A stretch of DNA of 63,769 nucleotides, filler included, from Alphaproteobacteria bacterium (GTDB lineage Bacteria > Pseudomonadota > Alphaproteobacteria > Caedimonadales > UBA9215): the NCBI GenBank assembly GCA_024280495.1. It is 6 parts of 6 records of this genome, joined end to end, with 100 filler letters (N's around TTAATTAATTAA, not from the genome) between each part and the next. Parts side by side here need not be neighbours in the genome. Positions count along the whole stretch, not along the records: positions 1 to 23,663 come from JAJRPZ010000046.1; positions 23,764 to 36,217 come from JAJRPZ010000053.1; 4 more parts are not named here. The stretch is one strand, 5' to 3'. The notes under the pieces were generated by a model. That model was given only the letters and a program-made list of their open reading frames with translations, was not told the origin of the DNA and did no database searches. Numbering within the stretch: the first letter of the stretch is position 1; each line of letters starts with the position of its first letter. Positions 19,832 to 29,900 of this stretch are shown here, one piece after another. Made by a program: the position numbers and the translations under genes.

Positions 19832-20476
19832 ATGTCATATACTAATGACTTTAAAAATCAAGGGGCATTAGGTGCCTCTTTTTCTTTTGATAATGTTTCA
19901 CGTGAAACAATTGAGAAATTAAAAATATATGAGGCACTTTTAACAAAGTGGCAAAACTCGATTAATTTAGTTTCTCAAATTACTTTAACTGATACGTGGC
20001 ATCGTCATTTTTTAGATAGTGCTCAACTTTTTTCTTATGTAAGATTTAATGAAAAAATTATTTGTTTGGGGTCTGGTGCTGGATTTCCTGGCGCAGTTTT
20101 AGCTATCTTAGGATGTAAAAATGTAACTCTTGTTGAAAGAGATCGTCGAAAATGTTCCTTTTTAAGGGCTGTTTCACGTGAAACAAAAACGCCTTTTTCA
20201 GTATTTGAAGGTGATGTTCTTAATTTTGAAGGGACTGCATCCGTTGTTGTAAGTCGTGCCATGGCTAGTATTCATGATCTTTTGACTTTATCAAAAAGGT
20301 TTGTAAATCCTGAAACACGTTTTCTCTTTTTAAAAGGAGAAAGGGTTGATCTTGAACTTGAGGCAGCTTCTAAAAACTGGGAGATGACAACTGTGCAATA
20401 TCAGAGTATAACTGATGTTAGAGGATGCATTCTTGATTTAACAGATGTTGCATCAAAAAATGAAACCTCTTTATAG
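19832..20476 (+). CDS. rsmG: 16S rRNA m7G527 methyltransferase
   Basis: KWQNSINLVS, RHFLDSAQL, LGSGAGFPG, VSRAMAS; upstream of parA. Confidence 0.93.
   Translation: MSYTNDFKNQGALGASFSFDNVSRETIEKLKIYEALLTKWQNSINLVSQITLTDTWHRHFLDSAQLFSYVRFNEKIICLGSGAGFPGAVLAILGCKNVTLVERDRRKCSFLRAVSRETKTPFSVFEGDVLNFEGTASVVVSRAMASIHDLLTLSKRFVNPETRFLFLKGERVDLELEAASKNWEMTTVQYQSITDVRGCILDLTDVASKNETSL
19894..19909. promoter_or_regulatory. parS: parS centromere site (inside rsmG)
   Basis: Perfect palindrome TGTTTCACGTGAAACA. Confidence 0.93.
20170..20185. promoter_or_regulatory. parS: parS centromere site (inside rsmG)
   Basis: Perfect palindrome TGTTTCACGTGAAACA. Confidence 0.93.
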
Positions 20477-20499
20477 TTTAATTTTATAAAAGGGTTGTT

Positions 20500-21282
20500 A
20501 TGCACGTTATTTCTGTTGCAAATCAAAAAGGGGGAGTTGGAAAAACCACCACCACCGTTAACGTGGCAACGGCTCTTGCAGCCATTGGCCAACGTGTTTT
20601 ATTAATTGATTTAGATCCTCAGGGAAATGCATCAACGGGCCTTGGTATTTATGATCGCCACGATACTCCAGGCATTTATAATGTTTTGTTGTGCGATGCT
20701 TTTTTTAAAAATGTCACTCATCAAACGGAAATACCTGGTTTGTCCTTAGTTAGTGCTGCTGCAGATCTTGCTGCAATAGAGCATGATGCACTTGAAATGG
20801 AGCGTAAACAATTTCTTTTGCGTGATAGTCTTGAGCAATGCGAAGGGCTCTATGATTATGTTTTGATTGATTGTCCACCAGCCCTTGGACTTTTGACGAT
20901 AAATGCTCTCGTGGCCTCGCACAGTGTTTTGATTCCCCTTCAATGTGAATTTTATGCCCTTGAGGGGTTAGCACAATTAATGTCAACCCTTGAGCGTGTT
21001 CAATCTAACTTAAACCCTTATCTTGACGTTCTTGGTATAGCTCTTACTATGTATGATCCACGAAATGGGCTGAGTGATCTCGTTGTTAAAGATGTTCGAA
21101 AGCATTTTGGAGACCTGGTTTTTAAAACACCTATCCCAAGGAGCGTTCGGGTTTCTGAAGCTCCCTCTTATGGTAAGCCTGTTTTAATATATGATGTTAA
21201 GTCTGCAGGGTCATTGGCTTATATGAATTTAGCATCTGAAATTATGAAAAAACAGGGGATTACCGATGTCATTGCCGCCTAA
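20500..21282 (+). CDS. parA: Chromosome partitioning ATPase ParA/Soj
   Basis: NQKGGVGKTTT, DLDPQGNA, IDCPP, QCEFYALEG, EAPSYG. Confidence 0.96.
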   Translation: MHVISVANQKGGVGKTTTTVNVATALAAIGQRVLLIDLDPQGNASTGLGIYDRHDTPGIYNVLLCDAFFKNVTHQTEIPGLSLVSAAADLAAIEHDALEMERKQFLLRDSLEQCEGLYDYVLIDCPPALGLLTINALVASHSVLIPLQCEFYALEGLAQLMSTLERVQSNLNPYLDVLGIALTMYDPRNGLSDLVVKDVRKHFGDLVFKTPIPRSVRVSEAPSYGKPVLIYDVKSAGSLAYMNLASEIMKKQGITDVIAA

Positions 21283-22330
21283 AAAAGAAATTTTAACAAG
21301 CTCTCTTGAAGATCAACTTGTTCCACGTGAAACAAATTATTTAGAAACAGCCTCCCAGGAAAAAACTACAAGACCTTTGGGTCGTGGGCTTGACAATCTT
21401 CTTGGTTCAAAATTCAGGGGGGCAAAATCAACCAAAGAAGGTCTGTCAATATTGCCTTTAACTAATTTGAAGCCTGGTAAGTATCAACCAAGAACTACCT
21501 TTAGTGGTAAAAATTTAGATGAATTAATTGCATCCATTAAAGAAAATGGTGTGTTACAACCAATCCTTGTTCGTCCCATTAAAGAAAAAACAGGTCCTGA
21601 AACTTATGAGATTATAGCAGGAGAACGCCGTTGGCGCGCCTCAAAGCAGGCGGGGCGCCATACCATTCCCGTTGTTATTCGACATTTAACCAACAAGCAA
21701 GCCCTTGAAAGTGGTTTGATTGAAAATATTCAACGTGATGATTTGAATGTGATAGAAGAAGGAAATGGTTACCAGCGTTTGATGGATGACTTTCAATATA
21801 CCCAAGAGGCTATTTCAAAAATTATTGGTAAAAGTCGGAGTCATATTGCCAATATTTTACGTCTTTTGACATTGAACAATCATGTTAAAAACTTTCTTAT
21901 TCAAGGTGATATTTCAGTGGGTCATGCTAAGATTTTGATTGCTTGTGACAAAGCAGATGACTTTGCTAACCTTATTGTCAAAGAGGGGCTTAGTGTTCGT
22001 CAAACGGAAAAACTTGTATCTCATTATAATAAAGAACCTTTTGACTTAATTAACTTTGAAAATTATCTTGATTCATCAATATCTAAAAACCATGATAAAG
22101 ATCAGAATGATAGGTCAGACTCAAAAAGTAAGTCCCGTCAAAAATTACAAAATAAAGACGACGCACCTGCATCAGACGATATCAAATCCCTTGAAGATGA
22201 ACTGAATTTAGCCATTGGGTTGTCATCGAAAATTTTCATGGGTAAAGATCAAAGTGGCTCCGTTCAAATAAAATTCAAAACCCCACAGGAACTAGACCGT
22301 TTGTTGGGGTTGATTTTTGGTACGCTTTAG
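21266..22330 (+). CDS. parB: Chromosome partitioning CTPase ParB
   Basis: LGRGL, QPR, GVLQPILVR, IIAGERRWRA, ENIQRDDL, HTH GKSRSHIAN. Confidence 0.96.
   Translation: MSLPPKKEILTSSLEDQLVPRETNYLETASQEKTTRPLGRGLDNLLGSKFRGAKSTKEGLSILPLTNLKPGKYQPRTTFSGKNLDELIASIKENGVLQPILVRPIKEKTGPETYEIIAGERRWRASKQAGRHTIPVVIRHLTNKQALESGLIENIQRDDLNVIEEGNGYQRLMDDFQYTQEAISKIIGKSRSHIANILRLLTLNNHVKNFLIQGDISVGHAKILIACDKADDFANLIVKEGLSVRQTEKLVSHYNKEPFDLINFENYLDSSISKNHDKDQNDRSDSKSKSRQKLQNKDDAPASDDIKSLEDELNLAIGLSSKIFMGKDQSGSVQIKFKTPQELDRLLGLIFGTL
21319..21334. promoter_or_regulatory. parS: parS centromere site (inside 5' end of parB)
   Basis: TGTTCCACGTGAAACA matches TGTTNCACGTGAAACA. Confidence 0.9.
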
Positions 22331-22437
22331 AAAATAAACGAAATGGCTAAGAGTGTTGAAAATTTTTAAAGCACTAGATCGAGTGGTAAATCTGTCGTAT
22401 TTTTAATAACATAATATATTGAGATGAGTGCCTTTAA

Positions 22438-23226
22438 ATGATGACTTCAGAACCTTCCCATAAAAAAAATAAAGCGTCTCAAAAGCCTTTCGGCTTTAAG
22501 AATGTTGATACCCACGACAAACTTGAGCTTGTTAAAGGCGTTTTCAGCCGCGTTGCAAAAAGTTATGATTTTATGAATGATGTTATGAGTTTTGGTATGC
22601 ATCGACATTGGAAAAATGAACTTATTCAAATGCTGCGCCCGCGCGGTGGTATGCATCTTTTGGATATGGCTGGTGGAACAGGGGATATAGCCCTTCGTTT
22701 TTTGAAGTCAACGGAGAGCTTTGCGGAAAAATCTAAGGTCACTGTTTGTGATTATAATCAAGATATGCTGGATGAGGGACGTCGAAAAGCCCTTAATAAG
22801 GGTATAATTACGGGTATAGATTGGGTGCAAATTGATGCAGCAGATCTCTCGAAATTTTCCAATGATACTTTTGATGCCTATACCATTTCATTCGGCCTCC
22901 GCAATGTGACGGAAATAGAAAAAGCCCTTACAGAAGCTTACCGTGTTTTAAAACCAGGAGGGCAATTTTTTTGCATGGAATTTTCGAAGGTAACTTCTGA
23001 GCCCCTTGAAAAGCTGTATAATTTTTATTCTTTTAAAATGATCCCAAAAATGGGGGAAGTTATTGCTAAGGATAAAGAAGCTTATGATTACTTGGTAGAA
23101 AGCATTTCTCGTTTTCCAAATCAGGAAGTCTTGGCTGCGATGATTAAAAAAGCTGGGTTTCAAAGCGTTACCTGGTGCGATTTAAATAAAGGTATCGTTG
23201 CTATTCATTCTGCTATAAAACTATAA
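22438..23226 (+). CDS. ubiE: Ubiquinone/menaquinone C-methyltransferase
   Basis: VFSRVAKSYDFMNDVMSFGMHRHWK, DMAGGTGDIA, ISFGLRNV, YLVESI. Confidence 0.95.
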   Translation: MMTSEPSHKKNKASQKPFGFKNVDTHDKLELVKGVFSRVAKSYDFMNDVMSFGMHRHWKNELIQMLRPRGGMHLLDMAGGTGDIALRFLKSTESFAEKSKVTVCDYNQDMLDEGRRKALNKGIITGIDWVQIDAADLSKFSNDTFDAYTISFGLRNVTEIEKALTEAYRVLKPGGQFFCMEFSKVTSEPLEKLYNFYSFKMIPKMGEVIAKDKEAYDYLVESISRFPNQEVLAAMIKKAGFQSVTWCDLNKGIVAIHSAIKL

Positions 23227-23241
23227 AAAAATTGAGTTAAT

Positions 23242-23574
23242 ATGAAAATTCCAAAAAATAAATGGCAAAAAAATCCTCAGAAAAAAGGAAGAGAAGCTGC
23301 GGAATATGTTGCCATAAAAGCCATTGAATATTTTGCAAAAAATCCAGAGTCTTTAGGTTCTTTTTTAGCCCATGCTGGTGTTGGACCTAGTGATTTGAAG
23401 ACTGCGATGACTGATCCTAAAACAAGTTGTGAGTTTTTAGGAGGGGTTTTGGATTACATGATGATAGATGAAAAGATGCTGTTGGATTTTGCAAAAGACA
23501 TGGATATATCCCCACCTGATATTGTTAAAGCTCGTCTTTGCTTTCCTGGAGGTGATGCAGAGATGATTTGCTAA
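23242..23574 (+). CDS. DUF3572-like alphaproteobacterial protein
   Basis: AEYVAIKAIEY...FLAHAG...FLGGVLDYMMIDE..LL pattern; 110 aa. Confidence 0.75.
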   Translation: MKIPKNKWQKNPQKKGREAAEYVAIKAIEYFAKNPESLGSFLAHAGVGPSDLKTAMTDPKTSCEFLGGVLDYMMIDEKMLLDFAKDMDISPPDIVKARLCFPGGDAEMIC

Positions 23575-23613
23575 TTTAGATTTGCTTTTAATTATATCGT
23601 CATTCCTAAAAAA

Positions 23614-23663
23614 TTCCAGTCTAGGAGCGAGGGACCAATTCCTATAACTTATAGGTGCGGGAG
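23614..23663 (+). repeat. Short dispersed repeat (second family), copy 2, running into contig end
   Basis: Shares 18-mer with 15850-15867, then hairpin cctataa-c-ttatagg. Confidence 0.7.
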
Positions 23664-23763
23664 NNNNNNNNNNNNNNNNNNNNNNNNNNNNNNNNNNNNN
23701 NNNNNNNTTAATTAATTAANNNNNNNNNNNNNNNNNNNNNNNNNNNNNNNNNNNNNNNNNNNN
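23664..23763. other. Artificial contig linker
   Basis: 100 nt of N with central TTAATTAATTAA. Confidence 0.98.
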
Positions 23764-23838
23764 CATGGTACGCTTTACTTCGAGTCTCAGCGAATCGTTC
23801 ATTGGCAATTCTATTTAATAACAGATTATTAAAATCTT

Positions 23839-24222
23839 TTGAAAGGTGATGTCGTTTTTTTGAAGGGGACCCTTGGGGTGGGAAAGTCCTTTTTTGCGAG
23901 GTCCTTTATACGAGCCCTTGCGAAAAACCCAAAACTCGAGGTTCCAAGCCCAACATTTACCCTTGTTCAAATTTATGAAGACCTTAAGATTCCCGTATGG
24001 CATTTCGATTTATATCGTTTGGAATCTTCTGATGAAGTATTTGAAATTGGTTTAGATGAAGCTCTTTCAGAAGGTATAAGCCTCATTGAATGGCCAGAAC
24101 GCATTGAGGGTATATCTTTGTCAAATCTTTTAACCCTTGAAATTTCCGCACCTAAAAATAGAGATAATCCATCGGAGCGATTGGTCACCCTTGAAAGAAA
24201 TTCTGAGGTTAAAAAAACATGA
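23839..24222 (+). CDS. tsaE: tRNA threonylcarbamoyladenosine biosynthesis ATPase TsaE (N-terminus appears short)
   Basis: GDVVFLKGTLGVGKS, VPSPTFTLVQIY, HFDLYRL, IEWPE; in-frame stop at 23830-23832. Confidence 0.88.
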   Translation: MKGDVVFLKGTLGVGKSFFARSFIRALAKNPKLEVPSPTFTLVQIYEDLKIPVWHFDLYRLESSDEVFEIGLDEALSEGISLIEWPERIEGISLSNLLTLEISAPKNRDNPSERLVTLERNSEVKKT

Positions 24223-26960
24223 TAACATTGCCTTTTGAAACCCCTTTATTGCAAGAATTATCCAGGCGCCTAAGGGCACTTCACCATAAAGACTTGTCCT
24301 CCTATTTAGAAACCCTTGTTATTCTTCCAACACGGTGTGTTATTAAAGACCTTAAAAATGAATTGTTTGAAGGGGCTTATTCTTCGGTTTTTCTCCCTAA
24401 AATTATTTCTATTACGGACCTAGTTTCCAATGATATATCCATGGAAGCTATCCAAAAAGTTGAGGCAACGGGAGTGTGTTTATCCATCCTGAAAGAAATG
24501 GGAGAGCCTCCTTCAATAGAAACTGTCCAAACGCTTTTGGCTTTAATGTCAGAGGTTGCTACATTTGAAGTGAACTTGGATAATATTGACTCTCTCGTGC
24601 CTGAAACATATGGGGAACACTGGCAAGTGACCTCAGATTTCCTTGGAACATTTTCAAAAAAATGGGAGAAATACCTTAAGGAAAAAAATCTCGTTTTACC
24701 CGAAACAAAAGCCATTTTAGGGTATAAAAAGCTAGCAGAAAAATGGCAGGAGACACCTCCATTGACGCCCCTCTGGATGGCTGGGATTGATGGCTATAGT
24801 CCAGCACTCTCAGGTCTGATGAAAGTTGTTGACCACCTACCACAGGGCGCCGTTTTTTGGAGTGGTATTCTTCCCGCTACAGAAGCCAGTTGTAAGAAAA
24901 ACCATCCTAATTATCTTTATCAAAAGAATTGCGTGTTAGAGGGTGAGTTGAATGAAGAAGAAAACCAAGGAATACGCGCAAATTTACTCTCTCATATGAT
25001 GTCAGATGAGCCTTTTGATAAGCGTGACTTTGATGGGGTTACTTTTAAGGGGATCTCTTTATTCCAGGCAGATTCTTTGGAAAAAGAGGCTGAGATGATT
25101 GCACTTTTGGCACGTGAGAACCTTGAGGATCTCACGAAAACAACGGCAATCATAACTCCTGATCCTGATTTATCCCATAAGGTTCAACAGGCTTTAGCGC
25201 GCTTTAATATTCGGGTTGATGTGGCTGGGGGGCGACCTCTTTCAAAAACAAAACAAGGTCAATATGCCATTGATGTTCTCTCCTTACCTCCAATTATGGG
25301 ACATGATAAGGCTCCCTTGATTTTATCAATTTTGAAAAACAAACTTTCTGTTTTTTCTGCTAAGTCGTCTCTTCAATTGCAACAAATAATCCCTGAATTT
25401 GACTTATCCCTTAGGGGAAGCAGCAGGGTGAATTTATCCCTAGATTGTCTGACTTTAAAAAAACTGTATCAACTATCTTTGGCACCATTGGTGGCTTTAA
25501 AACAGCAAGAAAGAGCCTCCCTTAATTCCTGGGTGCAGGTGCATTTTTCTTTGTTAGAAGAAATTTCCCCTGATTTTTTTCAAGGGGAAATAGGGGCGGC
25601 CATTAAGGCTCATTTTCTTTCTTTAAAAGAAAAAAGTGATCACTATCCTGACCTTGATTTTCAAACCTATGAAGATCTTGTACGAATGCGTTTTACTTCT
25701 TCTATGGAGCGGGGTGCCATAAATCATCCACGCCTGAAATTAATGAATCCTATTCAAGGGGCTTATGGTCATTTTGACTCTGTTATTTTGGGTGGGTTAA
25801 ATGAAGGAGTGTGGCCAGCAACGCCCCCCCTAAACCCCTGGTTAAATTTAGATATGCAGTTAAAGCTAGGCCTTTCTGATTCACAGGTCCTTTTGGGGCG
25901 TGAAGCTTGGTTGTTGGTTCAAAATATGCGAAATTCTAAAATTGTCATGACCTATTCAAAACGCCGTGGGTCTGATCCAGCAACACCTTCCAGGTGGGTG
26001 TTGCGTTTGAAGGCTTTGGAAGAAGTTTTAGGTGAAAAGCAATCTCAATTATCACTGCCGCCTTATTATAAAAAATGGCAAGAATCATTGGATGCGCCCG
26101 TTGCTCCTCAACAGTCAAAAAGGCCTGTTCCTTGCCCCCCCCTTAAAGAGCGCCCAAGGCGCTTGAGTATCAGTGATATACAACGCCTTTTTAAAGACCC
26201 CTATCAAATTTATGCCAAAAAAATTCTATCCATATACCCCTTAACTGACCTTGATGCTGACATTGAAAGCTCTGATTACGGTACTTTTGTTCATGCACTT
26301 TTAGAGAGGCATATTTTAGATGAGAAATCCGTGTTTGACCTGTTGCAAAAAACGTCATATGAGGACGTAAAACAACAATTTCCATTGTGTGATAAGTCAA
26401 CTTTTTTTCTATGGCGTCACTCAATTTCTCAGTATTTACCATGGCTTGAAGGTTATTTATCTTCTCAGTTGAGGAAAGGAAGTTTTCCTAATTCTGAAAT
26501 ATTTGTAGAGAAAAAAATGGCTTTCACATCCACGCTTTTTGACTGGCCAATGGAAATCGTTGGAACGGCAGATCGCATAGATCGGTTGCGTGACGGTTCA
26601 TATGAAATTATCGATTATAAAACAGGATATGTGCCAACTAAAAAAGATGTGAAAAGTTTTATGGCACCTCAATTAGCCCTTTTGGGGATGTTGTTTGAGA
26701 AAAATAGCCCTGGGGAAAAAGTGTCGAAACTGACTTATGTTGGTTTGGGAAGTCAAAAAATTGTTTCCTTTGAAGCACCAGAACTCATCAAGGACACCAT
26801 GGATTATTTAACTGTCATATTAAGGAAATACCAAGACGAAAAAGCACCCTATGACATTTCAATTATAAATTCTTTGCTAGATCCCTTTAATGATTATACC
26901 CATTTAGAACGTACATCAGAATGGCTTGCCGAGTTAAAATCCCAAAAGGAAGGAAGCTAA
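24219..26960 (+). CDS. addB: Double-strand break repair protein AddB
   Basis: ILPTR N-terminus, GGLNEGVWP, DPYQIYAKKIL, GTADRID, IIDYKTG; upstream of addA. Confidence 0.9.
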   Translation: MITLPFETPLLQELSRRLRALHHKDLSSYLETLVILPTRCVIKDLKNELFEGAYSSVFLPKIISITDLVSNDISMEAIQKVEATGVCLSILKEMGEPPSIETVQTLLALMSEVATFEVNLDNIDSLVPETYGEHWQVTSDFLGTFSKKWEKYLKEKNLVLPETKAILGYKKLAEKWQETPPLTPLWMAGIDGYSPALSGLMKVVDHLPQGAVFWSGILPATEASCKKNHPNYLYQKNCVLEGELNEEENQGIRANLLSHMMSDEPFDKRDFDGVTFKGISLFQADSLEKEAEMIALLARENLEDLTKTTAIITPDPDLSHKVQQALARFNIRVDVAGGRPLSKTKQGQYAIDVLSLPPIMGHDKAPLILSILKNKLSVFSAKSSLQLQQIIPEFDLSLRGSSRVNLSLDCLTLKKLYQLSLAPLVALKQQERASLNSWVQVHFSLLEEISPDFFQGEIGAAIKAHFLSLKEKSDHYPDLDFQTYEDLVRMRFTSSMERGAINHPRLKLMNPIQGAYGHFDSVILGGLNEGVWPATPPLNPWLNLDMQLKLGLSDSQVLLGREAWLLVQNMRNSKIVMTYSKRRGSDPATPSRWVLRLKALEEVLGEKQSQLSLPPYYKKWQESLDAPVAPQQSKRPVPCPPLKERPRRLSISDIQRLFKDPYQIYAKKILSIYPLTDLDADIESSDYGTFVHALLERHILDEKSVFDLLQKTSYEDVKQQFPLCDKSTFFLWRHSISQYLPWLEGYLSSQLRKGSFPNSEIFVEKKMAFTSTLFDWPMEIVGTADRIDRLRDGSYEIIDYKTGYVPTKKDVKSFMAPQLALLGMLFEKNSPGEKVSKLTYVGLGSQKIVSFEAPELIKDTMDYLTVILRKYQDEKAPYDISIINSLLDPFNDYTHLERTSEWLAELKSQKEGS

Positions 26961-26963
26961 ACA

Positions 26964-29900
26964 GTGCCCTTGAAAAAAACAATATCTCTAGACCCTTCTT
27001 CCTTACAGCGCATGGCAAGTTCACCTCAAAATTCTGTATGGGTCGACGCATCCGCTGGGACGGGAAAAACAAAAGTTCTAACGGATAGGGTTTTGCGCTT
27101 ATTGCTAGCAGGAACAGCCCCCAGTAAAATTCTTTGTTTAACCTTTACAAAAGCAGCTGCTGCGGAAATGCAACACCGTATTTTTCAGCGTTTGTCATTG
27201 TGGTCAACTTGTCCGCAAGAAACTTTATTTCTTTCCTTAAAAGATCTTTTAGGCTATCAATCGTCCCCTGAGCAGGTTCAAAAATCCCGTGTTCTTTTCT
27301 TTGATTTATTGGATGATCCCTATGGTCTGAAAGTGCAAACCATTCATGGTTTTTGTCAAAAATTACTGGGGCGTTTTCCACGGGAAGCAGGAATCCAAGG
27401 AGACCTAAAACTCATGGATGAAGCAAAACAAACGGAAATTTCCAAAACTCTTTTGCAAGAAATTATTTTAAAAATTGACGGGGAAACATCCTTTGATAAA
27501 GGTGGATTATCTTGGTCTTTTCAATATTTAATGACCTACTATAAACCGTCTTACATCTTAACTTTATTGCAAAATAATTTATGGAATCCTGGGTGTAAAC
27601 AAGCTTTAAACAAACAAGAACTCTCCCCCATAAAATCAAGGCTTGAATCCTATTTCAACTGTGATTTTCATCAAAATTCTCAACTGATTTTATCAGCTTA
27701 CTGCGTAAATGCACAAGAATTTTTAAAACTTGTCGATGCTTTGAAAGAAGGTTCAGAAAATGATCAGAAAAAAATAGATATTTTAAAAAATGTTGCAGAA
27801 CAAGGGCTGACCCCTGATAATTATAAAGAATATGCTGCTGTTTTCTTTACAACAAAAAATGAACCTCGCAAGAGGCTCGCCACAAAAAAAGTTGAAAAAA
27901 ATTTTCCGCAACTTATTTCCTTTTTTGAAAAGGAAATTGAAAAACTCACATACACATTGCCCAAGCTTTCAAGTCAAGCTTCCTTGGAGGGAAGTTATGC
28001 TTTCTCGGTTTTATTAAAAGAATTTATGGATGCCTATGGTGCCTATAAAACCAAAAACTCCTGTGTAGATTTTGACGATCTCGTGTCCATGAGTGCAGAT
28101 TTACTTTCTAAAAACCAGGGGGTTTCTTGGGTGCTTTATAAACTTGATGGTGGCCTTGATCATATCATGGTGGATGAAGCGCAAGACACAAGCCCCGATC
28201 AGTGGCAGATCATTTTAAAACTGGCGGAAGATTTTTTTACAGGTGAAACCGCACGGAAAAACAACCGAACTCTTTTTGTTGTAGGGGACCGTAAACAATC
28301 TATTTATAGTTTTCAAGGGGCAGAACCAGATCTTTTTAATCATTTGCGATTCTATTTTGAAAATAAAATTCAAGCTGCTCAAAAAAAGTGGCTCCAGATT
28401 TCTTTAGATACTTCCTTTAGATCTACGGCGCCAATTTTAGATATTGTGGATGCCGTCTTTCAAACTCCTGAATATGGTCTTAAATCCGACCACCAGAGTT
28501 TTAAAAAAGGACAATGGGGACGGCTGTCTTTATGGCCATTGGTTTCACCTGAAAAAGACCCTCATTTATCTTTGGATGAGGAAAGTTATGTACCGTCTCC
28601 TTCGGCACAACTCGCACAAAACATTGCCGAAGACATTAAAAAACGTCTTGCTGATAAATCTACAAAAGCCTCACATTTTTTGATTTTGGTGCAACGAAGA
28701 AGCTCTTTTATGTATCAAATGATTCGGGCTTTAAAAAAGAAAAACATCCCCATTGCTGGTCCAGATCGATTCCAATTGATGGATCATTTGGCAGCACAAG
28801 ACTTAGTTGCACTGGGTCAATTTTTAATGTTAACGCAAAATGATTATGCTTTGGCCAGTGTTTTAAAATCCCCTTTATTTGATTTGAATGACAATGATTT
28901 GATGTGTTTACGCCAAGGAAAGGACAAGAATAAATCTCTGTGGCAGGCCATTCAAGGTCATACTTCCTATGAAAGAAGTGTGTCCCTTTTAAAAGAATTA
29001 CTACAAAAAAAAGACCAGGGGTCACTGTCAGATCTTTATGCATATGTGTTGAAAAATCAAAAAGGCCGTCAAAAATTCAGGTCCCGTATGGGGGGTGATT
29101 GTGATGATGTTCTGGATGAGTTTATGAATCTTTCTTTTACATACGAGCATCAGGAAAATCTAGGTCTTCAAGGTTTCATTTCTTATATTCACGCAACCAA
29201 CCCAGTGATCAAACGTGATTTTTCTGGTTCTGATTTAAATGCCGTGCGAATCATGACAGTTCATGGTGCCAAGGGTCTTCAAGCCCCTATTGTTTATCTG
29301 CCTGACACCGTGCGCATACCCTTATCAAGGTCGCCATTGTCTTTTCAAGAGAAAGAACAAAATGAAAATCAAAATCAAAAGGGGACCTTTCTTGTGTGGC
29401 ATTTACCATCATCGGATTCTTTTTTATCTCTTAATGGTGAGGAGCCTCCTAAAGAAGATCTGGATGAATATTATCGTTTGCTTTATGTTGCCATGACCCG
29501 CGCCGAAAATGAACTTATTATTATGGGATTTGAAACAACCAAAGAAACGTCTCTGCAATCTTGGTATAAAATTGTTGAAGATGTCATGGTTCATAAAGGG
29601 AAAAAAACTCAGAGTGGCAAATATGTCTATGAAAGTGGAACCCACCTTTCAACAGTCCCTATTCTAGAAAAAAAAGAGACCATCCTCCCCCTTGAGCCCA
29701 AGGTGCCGTCGTGGATTTCCAAAAATCCTATGGTGGAGATTGGCGCACCAGAACCTCTTTCTCCTAGCCTGTTTTTACAGGATATTTGGGGGGATTCTGA
29801 TAGGGCAAAGCCAGATAATGAGGACTTTGCTGAACGCGCAAAAATTGACGGTTTTTTTATCCATAAACTTCTTGAAGAGCTACCAATAAAAAATCCAATG

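Noticed and set aside
20302..20317. Fourth parS-like site in rsmG (tgtaaatcctgaaaca)
   Set aside because: Five mismatches to the consensus; only a half-site
23664..23763. TTAATTAATTAA palindrome within N runs (also 36218, 41240, 50366, 59063)
   Set aside because: Identical 100-nt artificial joins with stops in all six frames; ORF ends and gene adjacency across them are artefacts
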